Part shown: piece after piece, positions 1 to 10,087 of the stretch
How positions within the stretch are numbered: position 1 is the first letter of the stretch
How the letters are laid out: every line of letters begins with the position of its first letter
Source: a virus
Taxonomy: Duplodnaviria; Caudoviricetes
Reading direction: 5' to 3' (one strand)
DNA: 64,000 bases
IMG/VR virus record: IMGVR_UViG_3300045837_000213
Coordinates: 29,432-93,431 of that record
Program-made: the position numbers and the translations under genes
Notes under the pieces: generated by a model
The model's database searches: none
What the model saw: only the letters and a program-made list of their open reading frames with translations
What the model was told of the DNA's origin: nothing

Positions 1-426
1 CTCCAGGTCGGCGCGGTCGCTTTGATGGACGCGAGCGGCGGTCATTTTTCCAACGTCGTCGGCCCACTCTCCTCCGGCGGCCTTATCATCCGCGAAGGCG
101 GAAGGATGCGGCTCACCGAAGCCGGTCGCGCGCGCGCGCACGTGCCCGACCGCGTCGCCACCCTCGGCGAGTATCATGACGTGCTGCGCGCGCGCGTCCT
201 GAAGGCACGCTCTGCTTCGAGGCGCACGGTTGACATCCTCAACGTCGTCATCTCGCGCGGGGGCGAACCCGTCTCGAACGAGGAGATCGGCGAGGAGGTC
301 GGAATTGACCACATGGGCGGCCACTTCTCGAACACGATAGGGCCGCTCTCGACGCTCGGCTTGATAAGGCGCTCGGGCGGCCTCGTCTATCCGACAGAGA
401 TTCTTTTCCCGGAGGGGCTGCGATGA
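1..426 (+). CDS. 5'-truncated protein with two C-terminal winged-helix-like repeats (possibly the end of a DUF87/HerA-like ATPase)
   Basis: Frame is open from base 1; duplicated motif GGHFSNxxGPLSxxGLI. Confidence 0.5.
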   Translation, partial: LQVGAVALMDASGGHFSNVVGPLSSGGLIIREGGRMRLTEAGRARAHVPDRVATLGEYHDVLRARVLKARSASRRTVDILNVVISRGGEPVSNEEIGEEVGIDHMGGHFSNTIGPLSTLGLIRRSGGLVYPTEILFPEGLR

Positions 427-656
427 AAATTCTGACGCCCTGCAACGCCGAAGAGCTGACCGCCGACCTCTCGAAGAGGATTCGTGAGCGGGGTCGTGAC
501 GGCCTGAGCCTTTCTTCGCTCGACGGGGTGGACGCCTACCTCGCCGGCGGACTCACGCTGCGCGGTGACGTGAAGCTCGTCACGCGCACGAGCGGACAAT
601 TCCTCGTGTGGCTCGACACGCGTCCCGCCACGCCGCCGGTCTTCGTCGAGGAATGA
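423..656 (+). CDS. hypothetical protein
   Basis: ATGA overlap with the upstream stop; GC-rich codon usage. Confidence 0.6.
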   Translation: MKILTPCNAEELTADLSKRIRERGRDGLSLSSLDGVDAYLAGGLTLRGDVKLVTRTSGQFLVWLDTRPATPPVFVEE

Positions 657-666
657 AAAGAAAAAA

Positions 667-1149
667 ATGAAGGTCATCTTCCTCGACTTCGACGGAGTAA
701 TCATCCTCCCTCACTCGCAGGGCAAGTCCGGCAGCCGCTCGCGCGCCGACGACCGGGCCGTCAAGCACCTCAATTCCATCATCAGTCGCACGCGCGCCAA
801 GGTCGTCGTCTCTTCCGCCTGGCGCGGGCGCTTCAAGGCACCGCTGAAACGGTTACTACAGGGGTGGGGCGTCCGCTGCACCGTCGCGGGCGTCACCCCG
901 CGCAACCGTCGGCGCGCCTGGGTCTATGGCCCTGAAGACGATCTGCGACAATTCAACATATCGGGGCCGCGCGGCGCGGAGATCATCGCCTGGCTGCGCG
1001 GGCACCCCGAGGTCGAGTCCTTCGTCATCCTCGACGACGACTCGGACATGGCTTGCGTCGCGCATAAGCTTGTCAAGACCGATTTTATGACCGGCCTCAC
1101 AGCCGAGCACGAAGAGCGCGCCGTGAGGATGCTACGAGGTGAGTCGTGA
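667..1149 (+). CDS. HAD-family phosphatase (Swiss-army-knife RNA-repair type)
   Basis: KVIFLDFDGV, VVSSAWR, RGAEI and FVILDDDSDM motifs. Confidence 0.85.
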   Translation: MKVIFLDFDGVIILPHSQGKSGSRSRADDRAVKHLNSIISRTRAKVVVSSAWRGRFKAPLKRLLQGWGVRCTVAGVTPRNRRRAWVYGPEDDLRQFNISGPRGAEIIAWLRGHPEVESFVILDDDSDMACVAHKLVKTDFMTGLTAEHEERAVRMLRGES

Positions 1150-1370
1150 AACAGGACTGGACGGTCGAAGGGACGGTCTGGCTCGCCGGCGGCGGGACGA
1201 AGGAGGTCTATCAAACATGGGAGGGCGTCGGCCTTGCCCGAGCCGACGACATGCTCGAACAACTCGCACATGATTACATCCTCAAGCCGAACGTCAAGGC
1301 CGTTGACTTCAAGGCCACGGCGCTGGGCGAAGAAGGGACATCTATTCTGGTGAGGCAGCAGTGGAAGTGA
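1146..1370 (+). CDS. hypothetical protein
   Basis: GTGA overlap with the HAD gene stop. Confidence 0.6.
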   Translation: MKQDWTVEGTVWLAGGGTKEVYQTWEGVGLARADDMLEQLAHDYILKPNVKAVDFKATALGEEGTSILVRQQWK

Positions 1371-1536
1371 AAAGCGAAGGCGGCGGGAATTTTGGGATCC
1401 CCGCCGCCTTCCGATGTCGCGCTCACCGTCCTCACCCCGGCAAGCGCTGCTGCGGATACGTTCAGCACCCGCGCTTGTTGGGAGGGATGATAGCCACATC
1501 CCTCGGCCATGTCAAAGCAACGCGGAGGGATGATAG

Positions 1537-1917
1537 ATGCACTACCAATGCGCCCCCGACCCGGATCAAGTACTCGCGCAGCGCCGGCTTTCAGACGGGC
1601 GCGTGCTCGCCGTCTTCCACGACCCCCGCACCGAGCAGCGCGTCGTCACCGAGCGGGCCGTCCACGAGGTCGAAGCCTCGGGCGGGCGCGTGCTCCTCGA
1701 ATACGAGCGCCCCCGCGTCGCCACGTTCAAGCTGCCGGGCGACGACTATTTTCTCGTCATCACCGACGACGCCGGGGAGCCGGAGAAGTGGCGGACTCTT
1801 TGCTCCCGCGCCACGGAAGACGCGATCCGCCGCGCGTTCTTACATTTCAGGGAGGGGGACGATGAAAGACGCATTAACCAGGCCGAAGTTCACCCGCGCC
1901 GCCGCGCTACTGACTAG
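1537..1917 (+). CDS. hypothetical protein
   Basis: Most protein-like of the three overlapping frames; GGAGG upstream. Confidence 0.5.
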   Translation: MHYQCAPDPDQVLAQRRLSDGRVLAVFHDPRTEQRVVTERAVHEVEASGGRVLLEYERPRVATFKLPGDDYFLVITDDAGEPEKWRTLCSRATEDAIRRAFLHFREGDDERRINQAEVHPRRRATD

Positions 1918-2320
1918 CCTCGCGCCGCTGGCCGACTACCGGCTCGTACCGCACGCGTTTCTATTCTGCGCGCTCATGTTCGCGCCGATGGGGCAGCCGT
2001 TCGTCGCCTGGTGCTGCGTCGTCTTCGCATTCCTCTTCCGATACGACGCGGGACGATGCCGGCACCGGCGAGCGACGTTCGTGAGGAACATCTACGGCGA
2101 TGAGATCAACGCGACGGGCGCACGCAGTTGGTGGGAGTGCGACGGCTGCGGCGAGTTCTTCACGCGGGATGTGCTGGTCGCGACGGAGTGCGAGATGAAA
2201 GCGGTCGGCGCAACCGCCGAAGAGAGCGAGGCGAAAACAGCCTCGCTCGCCGAGTATGTGCGGATGGACGCTTCTGGAAAGATGTCCTTCCTGCGAGGGG
2301 GTGGGAGGATCATAGACTGA
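1862..2320 (+). CDS. hypothetical membrane protein with CxH/CxxC motifs
   Basis: GGAGGGGG RBS before ATG; hydrophobic stretch; WECDGCG. Confidence 0.5.
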   Translation: MKDALTRPKFTRAAALLTSLAPLADYRLVPHAFLFCALMFAPMGQPFVAWCCVVFAFLFRYDAGRCRHRRATFVRNIYGDEINATGARSWWECDGCGEFFTRDVLVATECEMKAVGATAEESEAKTASLAEYVRMDASGKMSFLRGGGRIID

Positions 2321-2369
2321 CCCTCCCGCCTCTGCGATTCACGGCGGGCGCGGCGAGCGCCTTCCCGGC

Positions 2370-2894
2370 TCACGACGCCGGCTGCTGCGAAACCTTCACC
2401 TGCTTCGCCTCGTCCGTATAGACCTTGATCTCAGTCCCCGGCTTGATCTCGGCCTGCTTGCCGTGCTTCAGAAGCCCGACGGGGCCGAAGAGCACCACGA
2501 GCGCGATGGTCGCCCCGGTCTTGTCGTCGCCCGACTTGCCCTTCGACGACCGGAGCTTCACCGACTGGCCGTCGGCGGTCGTGGTCGATTCGACGCGGAG
2601 TTGGAGCTGGCCGCCCCGGCCCATCATGCCGGCCTTCTTCGCCTTCACGATGACGCCCTTGACGAGCGCCCCCTTGGCGATCACGACCTGGCCGTTGACC
2701 CGCACGTCCTCGACCACCTTGAGCGTGACGGAGTCGCCCTCCGTCGAGGTCTTGCTCGAAAGCGCCTCGGTCGTCGCCGCCGTCAGCTCCGTCCCTTCAG
2801 GCACGGCGACTTCGCCCGCGTCCTGTGCGCGTGCGGCGGCGAGGGGCGCGGAGAGAAAAGCGAGCAGCAGAAAGAGTGTGACTAAGTTTTTCAC
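2370..2894 (-). CDS. secreted beta-rich protein (moron)
   Basis: GTG start after AAAGGA; signal peptide; PEGTEL...LSSKT...VVIAKGA pattern. Confidence 0.7.
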   Translation of the reverse strand: MKNLVTLFLLLAFLSAPLAAARAQDAGEVAVPEGTELTAATTEALSSKTSTEGDSVTLKVVEDVRVNGQVVIAKGALVKGVIVKAKKAGMMGRGGQLQLRVESTTTADGQSVKLRSSKGKSGDDKTGATIALVVLFGPVGLLKHGKQAEIKPGTEIKVYTDEAKQVKVSQQPAS

Positions 2895-3167
2895 GGGGGA
2901 TGTTCCTTTCGCGGTTACGCTGAGGTCAAAGGTGGGCGCCGCCCCTACCGAGGCGGCGCCGGATTCAGTACGGTCGCGGCGCAGGAATGTAGCAGAGGGA
3001 GGTCGGAAAGGGAAGGCCGCGCGGGGGCGCATGACGAGCCAAACATTTTGCATAACGAATTGCGCCCGGCGTGGTATCATCGCCGCCGTTCGCAAGTACG
3101 CGCGCCGGCTACCGATACGCAGGCGCTTCCCCATTCCACTTTGCTTAAACGAAAGGAGCTTTCACGG

Positions 3168-3452
3168 ATGAAGTACCAAGCAGCTTTCCTCGCGCTCGTT
3201 GCGCTGATCACTGTCAGCCTGCACGCCAACCCCGTCATCATCGAGACGGGCGGCGACCGCCTCGAGGTCAACGGCGTCGACGAGGAGAACGCCCTCTTCA
3301 CCTGCCGCGCCGTCGACCGGGTCGGCCAGACGGTGCAGGGCGGCCCGACGACGCTCCCCTTCGAGCGCCAGTACTGCGACCTGATCCTTCCGCGCATCAA
3401 GTGGGCGGAGACGGAGCGCGCGGCTGCCGCCGGGGCGGGCAACAACACCTAG
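3168..3452 (+). CDS. small secreted protein
   Basis: AAGGAG RBS; N-terminal signal peptide MKYQAAFLAL. Confidence 0.65.
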   Translation: MKYQAAFLALVALITVSLHANPVIIETGGDRLEVNGVDEENALFTCRAVDRVGQTVQGGPTTLPFERQYCDLILPRIKWAETERAAAAGAGNNT

Positions 3453-3547
3453 CGCCCTCGCACACCCACGGACGAGGCACGCGCGGGCGCGGCGCCACGT
3501 CAACCGTTCGATCAACACTTCAGCGAAAGGAGCATCAGGCGAAGGAC

Positions 3548-3670
3548 ATGGCCGACAAAAAGAAGACCGGCGGTCAGGGCGCGAAGAAGCCCCAGGCCCA
3601 GGGCACGCAGCCGAAGACGGGCAAAGGCACCGGCGGCAAGATGAAAGGCACCGGCGGCAACAAGAAGTAG
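3548..3670 (+). CDS. 40-aa Lys/Gly-rich basic peptide
   Basis: AAGGA RBS; followed by a terminator. Confidence 0.55.
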   Translation: MADKKKTGGQGAKKPQAQGTQPKTGKGTGGKMKGTGGNKK

Positions 3671-3698
3671 CCGCGCGGGGCTAAAGGCTTCCACACGC

Positions 3699-3745
3699 GA
3701 AAGAGGGGCGACGCCGTCGGACACGGCGTCGCCCCTCTTTCTTTC
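3699..3745. terminator. probable bidirectional intrinsic terminator
   Basis: 19-bp stem GAAAGAGGGGCGACGCCGT/ACGGCGTCGCCCCTCTTTC between convergent genes. Confidence 0.8.
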
Positions 3746-3760
3746 ATCAGCCGCGCCGCC

Positions 3761-4318
3761 TCAATCCGGCCGCGCGGAAGATTTACGCACGCGTTTCACT
3801 TTGGGCTTCTCGCCAGCGGAGGCGCGGGGGAGTTTACGCCTGGCGGGAGGAGCGTCTGAAGGCGTCTGTGGCGGCTCGCTCTCGACGGCAGGTGCCGGGG
3901 CCTGCCCGTCTGAAGCTTCGAGCGCGAGCATACAATCCGGGTCGTAAGAAATCGTCACCCAGCGCTCCGCGCCGATAGACCAGGCGGCGATCTTCTCGCC
4001 GGCAAGAGGGTCGCGGCTCCAGTCGTACCAGAACCAACGCCGCTCGCCCCCCACAGCGACGCATACCGTGTTGCCGTAGAAAATGTTGCCCGGGTTGTTC
4101 GTCGCGTCGTCGAGGAGCCACCTGCCGCAGTAGAAGCCGGTAAGTGTCACGGGCGCGGAGTGCTCGTGTGACTTGGCGGCGGCGAACGTGAATCCGCCAG
4201 CCGGAGTGCAGGCGATGCCGGCGGGGTCGGAGGGCGAGGCACACTGAGCGGAAGCTGACGTGACCGCCAGCAGGAAGAGCGCGGCCAGTAAGGCCGGGCG
4301 CTTGAAAAGGTTCGTCAA
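3761..4318 (-). CDS. secreted hypothetical protein
   Basis: Signal peptide ending ASA-Q; AGGAG RBS; Cys/Trp-rich core. Confidence 0.65.
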   Translation of the reverse strand: MTNLFKRPALLAALFLLAVTSASAQCASPSDPAGIACTPAGGFTFAAAKSHEHSAPVTLTGFYCGRWLLDDATNNPGNIFYGNTVCVAVGGERRWFWYDWSRDPLAGEKIAAWSIGAERWVTISYDPDCMLALEASDGQAPAPAVESEPPQTPSDAPPARRKLPRASAGEKPKVKRVRKSSARPD

Positions 4319-4403
4319 GGGGATATTTCTCCTTTCGGCTAGGCGCGGACGGACGGCGCACGCCTTCAGGCGCGCGGGCGGAATTGTCGGAGCCGGGAAG
4401 GGT

Positions 4404-4859
4404 TCAGGACTGCGGGGCCGCTTCGGCGGTTGCTTCGGCGTCGCCCTCTCCGGAGAGTTCGGGGAAGAGCCAATAGAGTGCCGCCATGCAGGCCGGCAGC
4501 GGCGCGGGGTCGAAATCTTCGGCCTTGAGTCTGACCGCCGGCAGCGTCACCTCCTCGTCGCCGAGCGCTTCGATCTGCGCCTCCCACTCCTCGCGCTTCG
4601 CGCGGTCGGGGAAGCGGAAGTTCTGGCCGTCGTCGGTCTCGCCCAGGGAGCGCGCGAGCTTGATCTTCTGCTCGTCGTAAGACTCGAGTTCGACCGTCGC
4701 GCCGCGCGCGAGGCGCGCGAGGCGGATCGAAGTGGCGGCCTGCTTGGGTTGGGTGTTGGCGAGGGTGTTCAGCCAGTTCCTCGCGCCCACCAGCTCCTTC
4801 ATCTTCAGCGTGTCTGTGCCCGCCTTCCGGTTGATCGCCTCCTGCAGTTTGTCGCCCAC
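4404..4859 (-). CDS. tail-fibre-associated protein
   Basis: GAGGAGG RBS; directly downstream of the tail fibre gene. Confidence 0.6.
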   Translation of the reverse strand: MGDKLQEAINRKAGTDTLKMKELVGARNWLNTLANTQPKQAATSIRLARLARGATVELESYDEQKIKLARSLGETDDGQNFRFPDRAKREEWEAQIEALGDEEVTLPAVRLKAEDFDPAPLPACMAALYWLFPELSGEGDAEATAEAAPQS

Positions 4860-4926
4860 GTCCGCCTCCTCAGAAATAAGATGGCCGCGCCGGCGCGCAG
4901 CACGTTATTCAAAATAGCACACGGAG

Positions 4927-7900
4927 CTATGCGGGCGGCAAGTCCGCCGCCGTTAATGTCCCGGAGGTGCAGCGTCTGAGTTCCCGGACCTGACGCTCCA
5001 ACTTCGCTACCCTACTTTCGTGGTCGAAGAGATATAGGTATGCCTCTTCGACCGAGGCCAGTAGCGCGTCGCCGCCACTGAAGAGTCCGTGTCCGGCGGT
5101 CTGCCCGAAACGCGGCAGGTGCCACCAAGTGCGCGCGAACTCTTCGACCGCTTCGAGCGGCCTCAATCCGGCGTACTCTCTCGCCCCGTCATGATCAATA
5201 AACCTCTCCACCTTCCCCGTGGCCCAGTGCTCCAACACGTAGTCGGGGTTCGTATAACTCGCGCCGTTTTTGTACATGTCCCCCGACACGTTGACGGTCC
5301 CCGCGCCCTTGCTGCTCCCCGTCGCCGTACCCAGGAACACCCCGCCGTCCTGCGCGATGGTCAGGTCGGCGTGACCCCTGGAGTTGTTGTCGCAGAAGAA
5401 CGCGATGGCGTTATTGCCGCCGCTGACTTGCGACTGGTTGAAAATCTCCAGGTTGCCCCGCCGCGTGGAGAGAGCGCTGGTGCTGTTGATGACCTCAAAC
5501 AGCCCACTGCCACGTGAGGTCGTGCCGTCGCCCAGCTGGAAATACTGAAAGCTCGCCGTGTCGGTCGTATAGATTTGGACGTATGCCGTGCCGGAAGAGG
5601 CGCTGAAAGCGCCGTCGCCGCGCACGTCGAGCATGGCGATGGGCGCGGCGTTACTCCCTACCGTTAATCCCGATAGGGAACCCGCGTCAGCGTACACCCG
5701 TGCGTCAGACGAAGTGCCGCCGCTCAACTTGAGCAGAGCGGATTGCGTGCCCGCGTAATTCCACGCCTTCAGGACGAGCGCGCCCGTCGTGTTGGTGCTG
5801 CTGCCGGCGGCGGTGATACTGGCCTGAGAAATTACGTTGGTCGAGTCGTCTTTTGCCTGAATGGCGAGTATGTTCGCTCCGCCTGAGTTTTGCCAATAAG
5901 CGGAGCCAAAGCCGCTATTCGTCGGGACGTTAACGATCAGCGCGCCACTCGCCGAGTCCGTACGACCCACGACGAGATTTCCGCTCGTCGCGTCAATCTT
6001 GAGAAGCTGGTTGCCCGATGAGAGACCATAGAGACCCGTGCGATCCATCCAGACGCCCGTCCCGGCGCTTGCGGAAGTCGGCGGCGTCGTGCCGAGGGCG
6101 AACGAGCCGCTTGACGAACTGATCGTGACCGCGCCGGTGAAGCTGCCGGACGTGGCTGTGATCGCGCCGGAGATGGTCGCGCTTGTCGCCGTCAGATTGC
6201 CCGACGAATCCAGCGTGAAGTTCGCCGCCTTGATGAGTACCTTAGACGAGTCCCATTGCAGATAATTGTTAGCGTCTTTATAAAGAGACAGACGGCCCGA
6301 ATTCGCGCCCTCAAGATAAACGCCCGCGTTCGCGCCGTAAGAGGTGGGTGGAGTCGCGCCCATCGAAATGTACTCGCCAGTGTTGTCCACATAGACGTGC
6401 GTTGACGAGATGCGGCTACTGCTCAACGTCCACCCGGCTATCGAACCGCCGCTGGCTATGACGTTTCCGCTGGTCGCGTCAATCCTGAAGATTCGGAGGC
6501 CGCCGTTCAGCGCGTACAGACCCGTCCTGTCGAGCCACAGGCCGGTGCCGTGGAGGGAGTCGGTGGGCGGGAGCGACCCGATAGAGATTGAGCCGCTTGA
6601 CGAACTGATCGTGAGCGGCCCGGTGATCGAGCCTGACGTGGCGGTGATCGCGCCGGAGACGGTCGCGCCCGTGGCCGTGATCTGCCCGCTCGTCGCGTCA
6701 AGGATGAAATTCTGAGTTCCCGCGTTGAGTCCGAAGATGCCCGTGCGGTCAACCCAGATGCCCGTGCCGTGTGTCGCATCAGTGGGCGGCGTCGTGCCTA
6801 ATGTGAAGGCCGCGCCCGAACCGGACACCTGCATCTTGCCGACGAGGAACATCCCCTGCGAGGCATCCAACTGAATCATGTTGTTGCCCGCAGAGTCGTT
6901 GATGTTCAGCACGCCGGCGGACGTGAGCTGGATGCGGTTGGTCGTGTTGAGGCGAATGTCAACCTCGCCCGACGAGATGCGGACGTTGCTCTGCCCCGCC
7001 GCGACCTGCCCGACCGTGATGTTGCCGGCGGCGTCTATCTGCTGGACGACAGTAGAGAGTCCGTTGATAGTGCGGTAGCCGTTCGTGCTGTCAATCGTGA
7101 CGTGAGTCTTGCCCGCGGCGTATTCGCCCAGCGCGATGCCGACGGTTGAAGCCGTGTAACCGTAGAAGCCCACCAATTCGCCGAACGCGGCGTGCTCCGT
7201 GATGTCATTCCACGTAGAAGAATTTCTCTTCCAGAGAACTTGAGTTGGCCCGACCTGCCCCTTGTTGTAATAGACGCGCCGCGCGGATTGTTGAGGCGTC
7301 GTAGCCCATGAGGTGAAGGCGGAGATTCTGACCCTGACCCAAAACGCGGATTGAGAGTTGACCGTGCTGCTCGCCCAGCTTGTGAGACTCGAAGCCGTCC
7401 ACTCGAACCCTTGCCAGCCGGTCGCCTTCCAATCTCCGTTCGTGTTGCCGACGAAGGTAGGGGTAAAGCTCGTCCAGGCCGAACCGTTCCAGTACTCCCA
7501 CACGAGAGTCGCGCTGTAACTCGCGGCGGTCGTGACGTTGAAATACAAGTTGTTCCAACTCGTATTCTGGACGCCGAAATAGATAGCGCCGTTGAGGACG
7601 TTCGCCGAATCGCCGAAGGGCGACCAGTTGGCGGAGGCTGCGTAGTTTGACGAGAACGCGGGCGCTGCCGTGGCGTTGTAGATGAAGTCGGGCGCGACGC
7701 TGACGGTCGAATGAAGGGAGAAAATGTCCCAGTAGCCGTTACCGGCCTGGCCCGTGTCCAAAGCGGCGTCGCCCGCGTTCCACGCGTTCGCGCCTGTGCC
7801 GTCCAGGTTGCGCGCGACTGAATACTGATACCCCCCGGTGACAGTCGAGGGGCCGGAGGTGACCCGCATGAACTCAAGGCTGCCGGACTCCTCGAAGCGA

Positions 7901-10080
7901 AGGATGTCGCCGCTCTGCAAATTGTTGCGCTTGACGTTGACGGTCGTGTCGGAGGTGGCGACCGCCGCGATGAGTTGTGCGGAAGGGGCGATTAAGAATG
8001 CTCCGTCCGTCGTCACTTGGCTGTCCAGGGTGACGAGATTCTGCACGACGAGTTCGGCGGCGTAGATTGATTTGAACTTCTTTGAGAGTTGGCCGAGGTC
8101 GGTGTTGTAGGCCGTGACAACGCCTAACCGTGTGCCCGCGAGAGAAACGGTCGCGTTGTTGAGCGTCGCCGTTCCGGTCGCGGCTCCTATGTTCAACGTC
8201 GTCGCCGCGCCCGCGAAGTTCAGCGTCGTCGTCACGGTGTTATAGAGGTTGAGCGACGCCGAGTTGCTCTGAATGGTCGAGGCGTTGAGGTTGATGGTCG
8301 GGTTGTTGACAGTGAACGTGCCCGAAGACGCGCCGACGTTGATGGCGGTCGCAGCCCCGCCGAAGTTCAGGGTCGTCGTCGCCGTGTTGTAGAGCGCGAG
8401 CGTCGCCTGGTTGGTCTGGATTGTAGATGCGTTGATGGAGACGGTCGTCGAAGCGCCCGCGCCCATCGAGAGCGACGTGGCCGCGCCCGCGAAGTTCACC
8501 GTGGTCGCGGTCGTATTGATGAGGTTGAATGTTGCGTTCAGGGCGAGAAGGTCGGCCAGCGTCGTCTGGCTGCTCGCGTTGGTCGCCAGAATTGTCGAGG
8601 CCGCGCCCGCGCTCGTCGTCGTGACCGCGTGGACGTGGTCGCGGTGCGCGAAGACTAAAGACGTGCCCGGCGACGCCGCGCCCGTGGAGAGAGTCGCGGG
8701 GTCGGACGCGTCCAGAACGGTCTTCCACGCAGGCTCGGTGTCTCCGTTCGCCACGCCCAGCACGTTGAGGACGTTCGCCGCCGGGACGCTGATAGCCAGG
8801 CGCGACCACTTCGGCGTCGCGCCCTGACCCGTGATGATGTCGCCGCGCACCACGGACGCGGCGGTCGTGTCTCCGTGGTAGGCCGACAGAAGATTGACTG
8901 TGCCCCACGCAGGGTCTGTGCCGTTGCTCGTGAGCAGAGTATTCGCCGCACCGACACCGAGCCGCGCGTTGTCCGTGGCGTTGCGCGTGAGTAGATCGCC
9001 GCGCGCCGTCAATGGAGAGAGCGCGTTGAAGGCGGCGAGCGCCGTGGCCTGACCCGTGCCGCCGTAGGCGACGGAGACGGGCGTCGCCTGCCACGTGCCG
9101 GTCGTGATGGTGCCGACCGTGGCGATGTCAGTGCCGACGAGCTTGCTCGCCGAGATTGAGCCGGCGAGCATCGCGTTCGTCACGCCGCCCGTCGAGATCG
9201 AAAAAGAGTTGCCCGTCAGCGACAGCCCCGCGCCGGCGACGTAGGTGCCCGCGCCGCCCGTCTGCGTGAACTGAAGCGCGGTCGTGCCGACCGTGATCGT
9301 GTCGTTCGTGCAAGTCCACCACGTGTCTTGATTGACTGTGCCCGCGCGCACGGGGAACGTCGCCGAGACCAACTCCGCGCCCGTCTGGCCGTCCGCCGCG
9401 CGCGTCAAAGCCGAGCCCGCGCCGCCAAAGACATAGACGCCGTTCTCGCTCGCCGTCGCCTGGTTCTTCAACAGCACGCGGTCGCCGCTGTTGAGCGTCA
9501 CGCCGTCGAGAGACGACGGCGCGGAGGAGAGGGTGACGTTCGCCGTCGAGGCGGCAACCACGTCCTGCTTCCACTTCAACCCGACGATTGAATTGTCGAC
9601 GTAGGTCTTCGTCGCGTGCTGCGACGCGGCGCGCGTCGAGGAGTTGGCCGAGAGCGTCACGTCGTCATCCAACTGTGAAGATTGCAGGCAGGCGTTCAAC
9701 TGCGCCTGCGCGTCCGAAGTGAGGTTGGCGACGTAGCCCAGAGCGGTCGTCGTCACCGGCGAGGACGTGACGTTCTTCGAGCCGTCCGTGACGACCACGC
9801 GCGAGGCCGTGCCGGAGGCGAGCACCGGCGAGACGCCGAAAGTGGCCGCCGAGTTGAAAGTGTGCGGCGCCGTCCACGTCGGCGAGATGCCCTGGTCGAG
9901 CGCGAGGCGCGCGTCCGACCTCAGCGCCGTGCCCGCCGTGCCCGGGTCGGCGGTCAGCCCGACGGCGACGGAAGGCGTGCCGAAGGAGACGTCGGTCAGC
10001 ACGCCGGAAGGGGCCTTCCAGACGCCGCAGTTGTTCGAGGCGTCCCACGTGTAAACGTAGCCGTCGGATGAGAGAGGCAT
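4927..10080 (-). CDS. long tail fibre / receptor-binding protein
   Basis: 1717 aa, Thr/Ser/Gly/Ala-rich; DRVLLKNQ...ENGVY motif; internal repeats; C-terminal PDYV...HLP...EEAYLYL chaperone-like domain. Confidence 0.85.
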   Translation of the reverse strand: MPLSSDGYVYTWDASNNCGVWKAPSGVLTDVSFGTPSVAVGLTADPGTAGTALRSDARLALDQGISPTWTAPHTFNSAATFGVSPVLASGTASRVVVTDGSKNVTSSPVTTTALGYVANLTSDAQAQLNACLQSSQLDDDVTLSANSSTRAASQHATKTYVDNSIVGLKWKQDVVAASTANVTLSSAPSSLDGVTLNSGDRVLLKNQATASENGVYVFGGAGSALTRAADGQTGAELVSATFPVRAGTVNQDTWWTCTNDTITVGTTALQFTQTGGAGTYVAGAGLSLTGNSFSISTGGVTNAMLAGSISASKLVGTDIATVGTITTGTWQATPVSVAYGGTGQATALAAFNALSPLTARGDLLTRNATDNARLGVGAANTLLTSNGTDPAWGTVNLLSAYHGDTTAASVVRGDIITGQGATPKWSRLAISVPAANVLNVLGVANGDTEPAWKTVLDASDPATLSTGAASPGTSLVFAHRDHVHAVTTTSAGAASTILATNASSQTTLADLLALNATFNLINTTATTVNFAGAATSLSMGAGASTTVSINASTIQTNQATLALYNTATTTLNFGGAATAINVGASSGTFTVNNPTINLNASTIQSNSASLNLYNTVTTTLNFAGAATTLNIGAATGTATLNNATVSLAGTRLGVVTAYNTDLGQLSKKFKSIYAAELVVQNLVTLDSQVTTDGAFLIAPSAQLIAAVATSDTTVNVKRNNLQSGDILRFEESGSLEFMRVTSGPSTVTGGYQYSVARNLDGTGANAWNAGDAALDTGQAGNGYWDIFSLHSTVSVAPDFIYNATAAPAFSSNYAASANWSPFGDSANVLNGAIYFGVQNTSWNNLYFNVTTAASYSATLVWEYWNGSAWTSFTPTFVGNTNGDWKATGWQGFEWTASSLTSWASSTVNSQSAFWVRVRISAFTSWATTPQQSARRVYYNKGQVGPTQVLWKRNSSTWNDITEHAAFGELVGFYGYTASTVGIALGEYAAGKTHVTIDSTNGYRTINGLSTVVQQIDAAGNITVGQVAAGQSNVRISSGEVDIRLNTTNRIQLTSAGVLNINDSAGNNMIQLDASQGMFLVGKMQVSGSGAAFTLGTTPPTDATHGTGIWVDRTGIFGLNAGTQNFILDATSGQITATGATVSGAITATSGSITGPLTISSSSGSISIGSLPPTDSLHGTGLWLDRTGLYALNGGLRIFRIDATSGNVIASGGSIAGWTLSSSRISSTHVYVDNTGEYISMGATPPTSYGANAGVYLEGANSGRLSLYKDANNYLQWDSSKVLIKAANFTLDSSGNLTATSATISGAITATSGSFTGAVTISSSSGSFALGTTPPTSASAGTGVWMDRTGLYGLSSGNQLLKIDATSGNLVVGRTDSASGALIVNVPTNSGFGSAYWQNSGGANILAIQAKDDSTNVISQASITAAGSSTNTTGALVLKAWNYAGTQSALLKLSGGTSSDARVYADAGSLSGLTVGSNAAPIAMLDVRGDGAFSASSGTAYVQIYTTDTASFQYFQLGDGTTSRGSGLFEVINSTSALSTRRGNLEIFNQSQVSGGNNAIAFFCDNNSRGHADLTIAQDGGVFLGTATGSSKGAGTVNVSGDMYKNGASYTNPDYVLEHWATGKVERFIDHDGAREYAGLRPLEAVEEFARTWWHLPRFGQTAGHGLFSGGDALLASVEEAYLYLFDHESRVAKLERQVRELRRCTSGTLTAADLPPA

Positions 10081-10087
10081 GTGCTTG

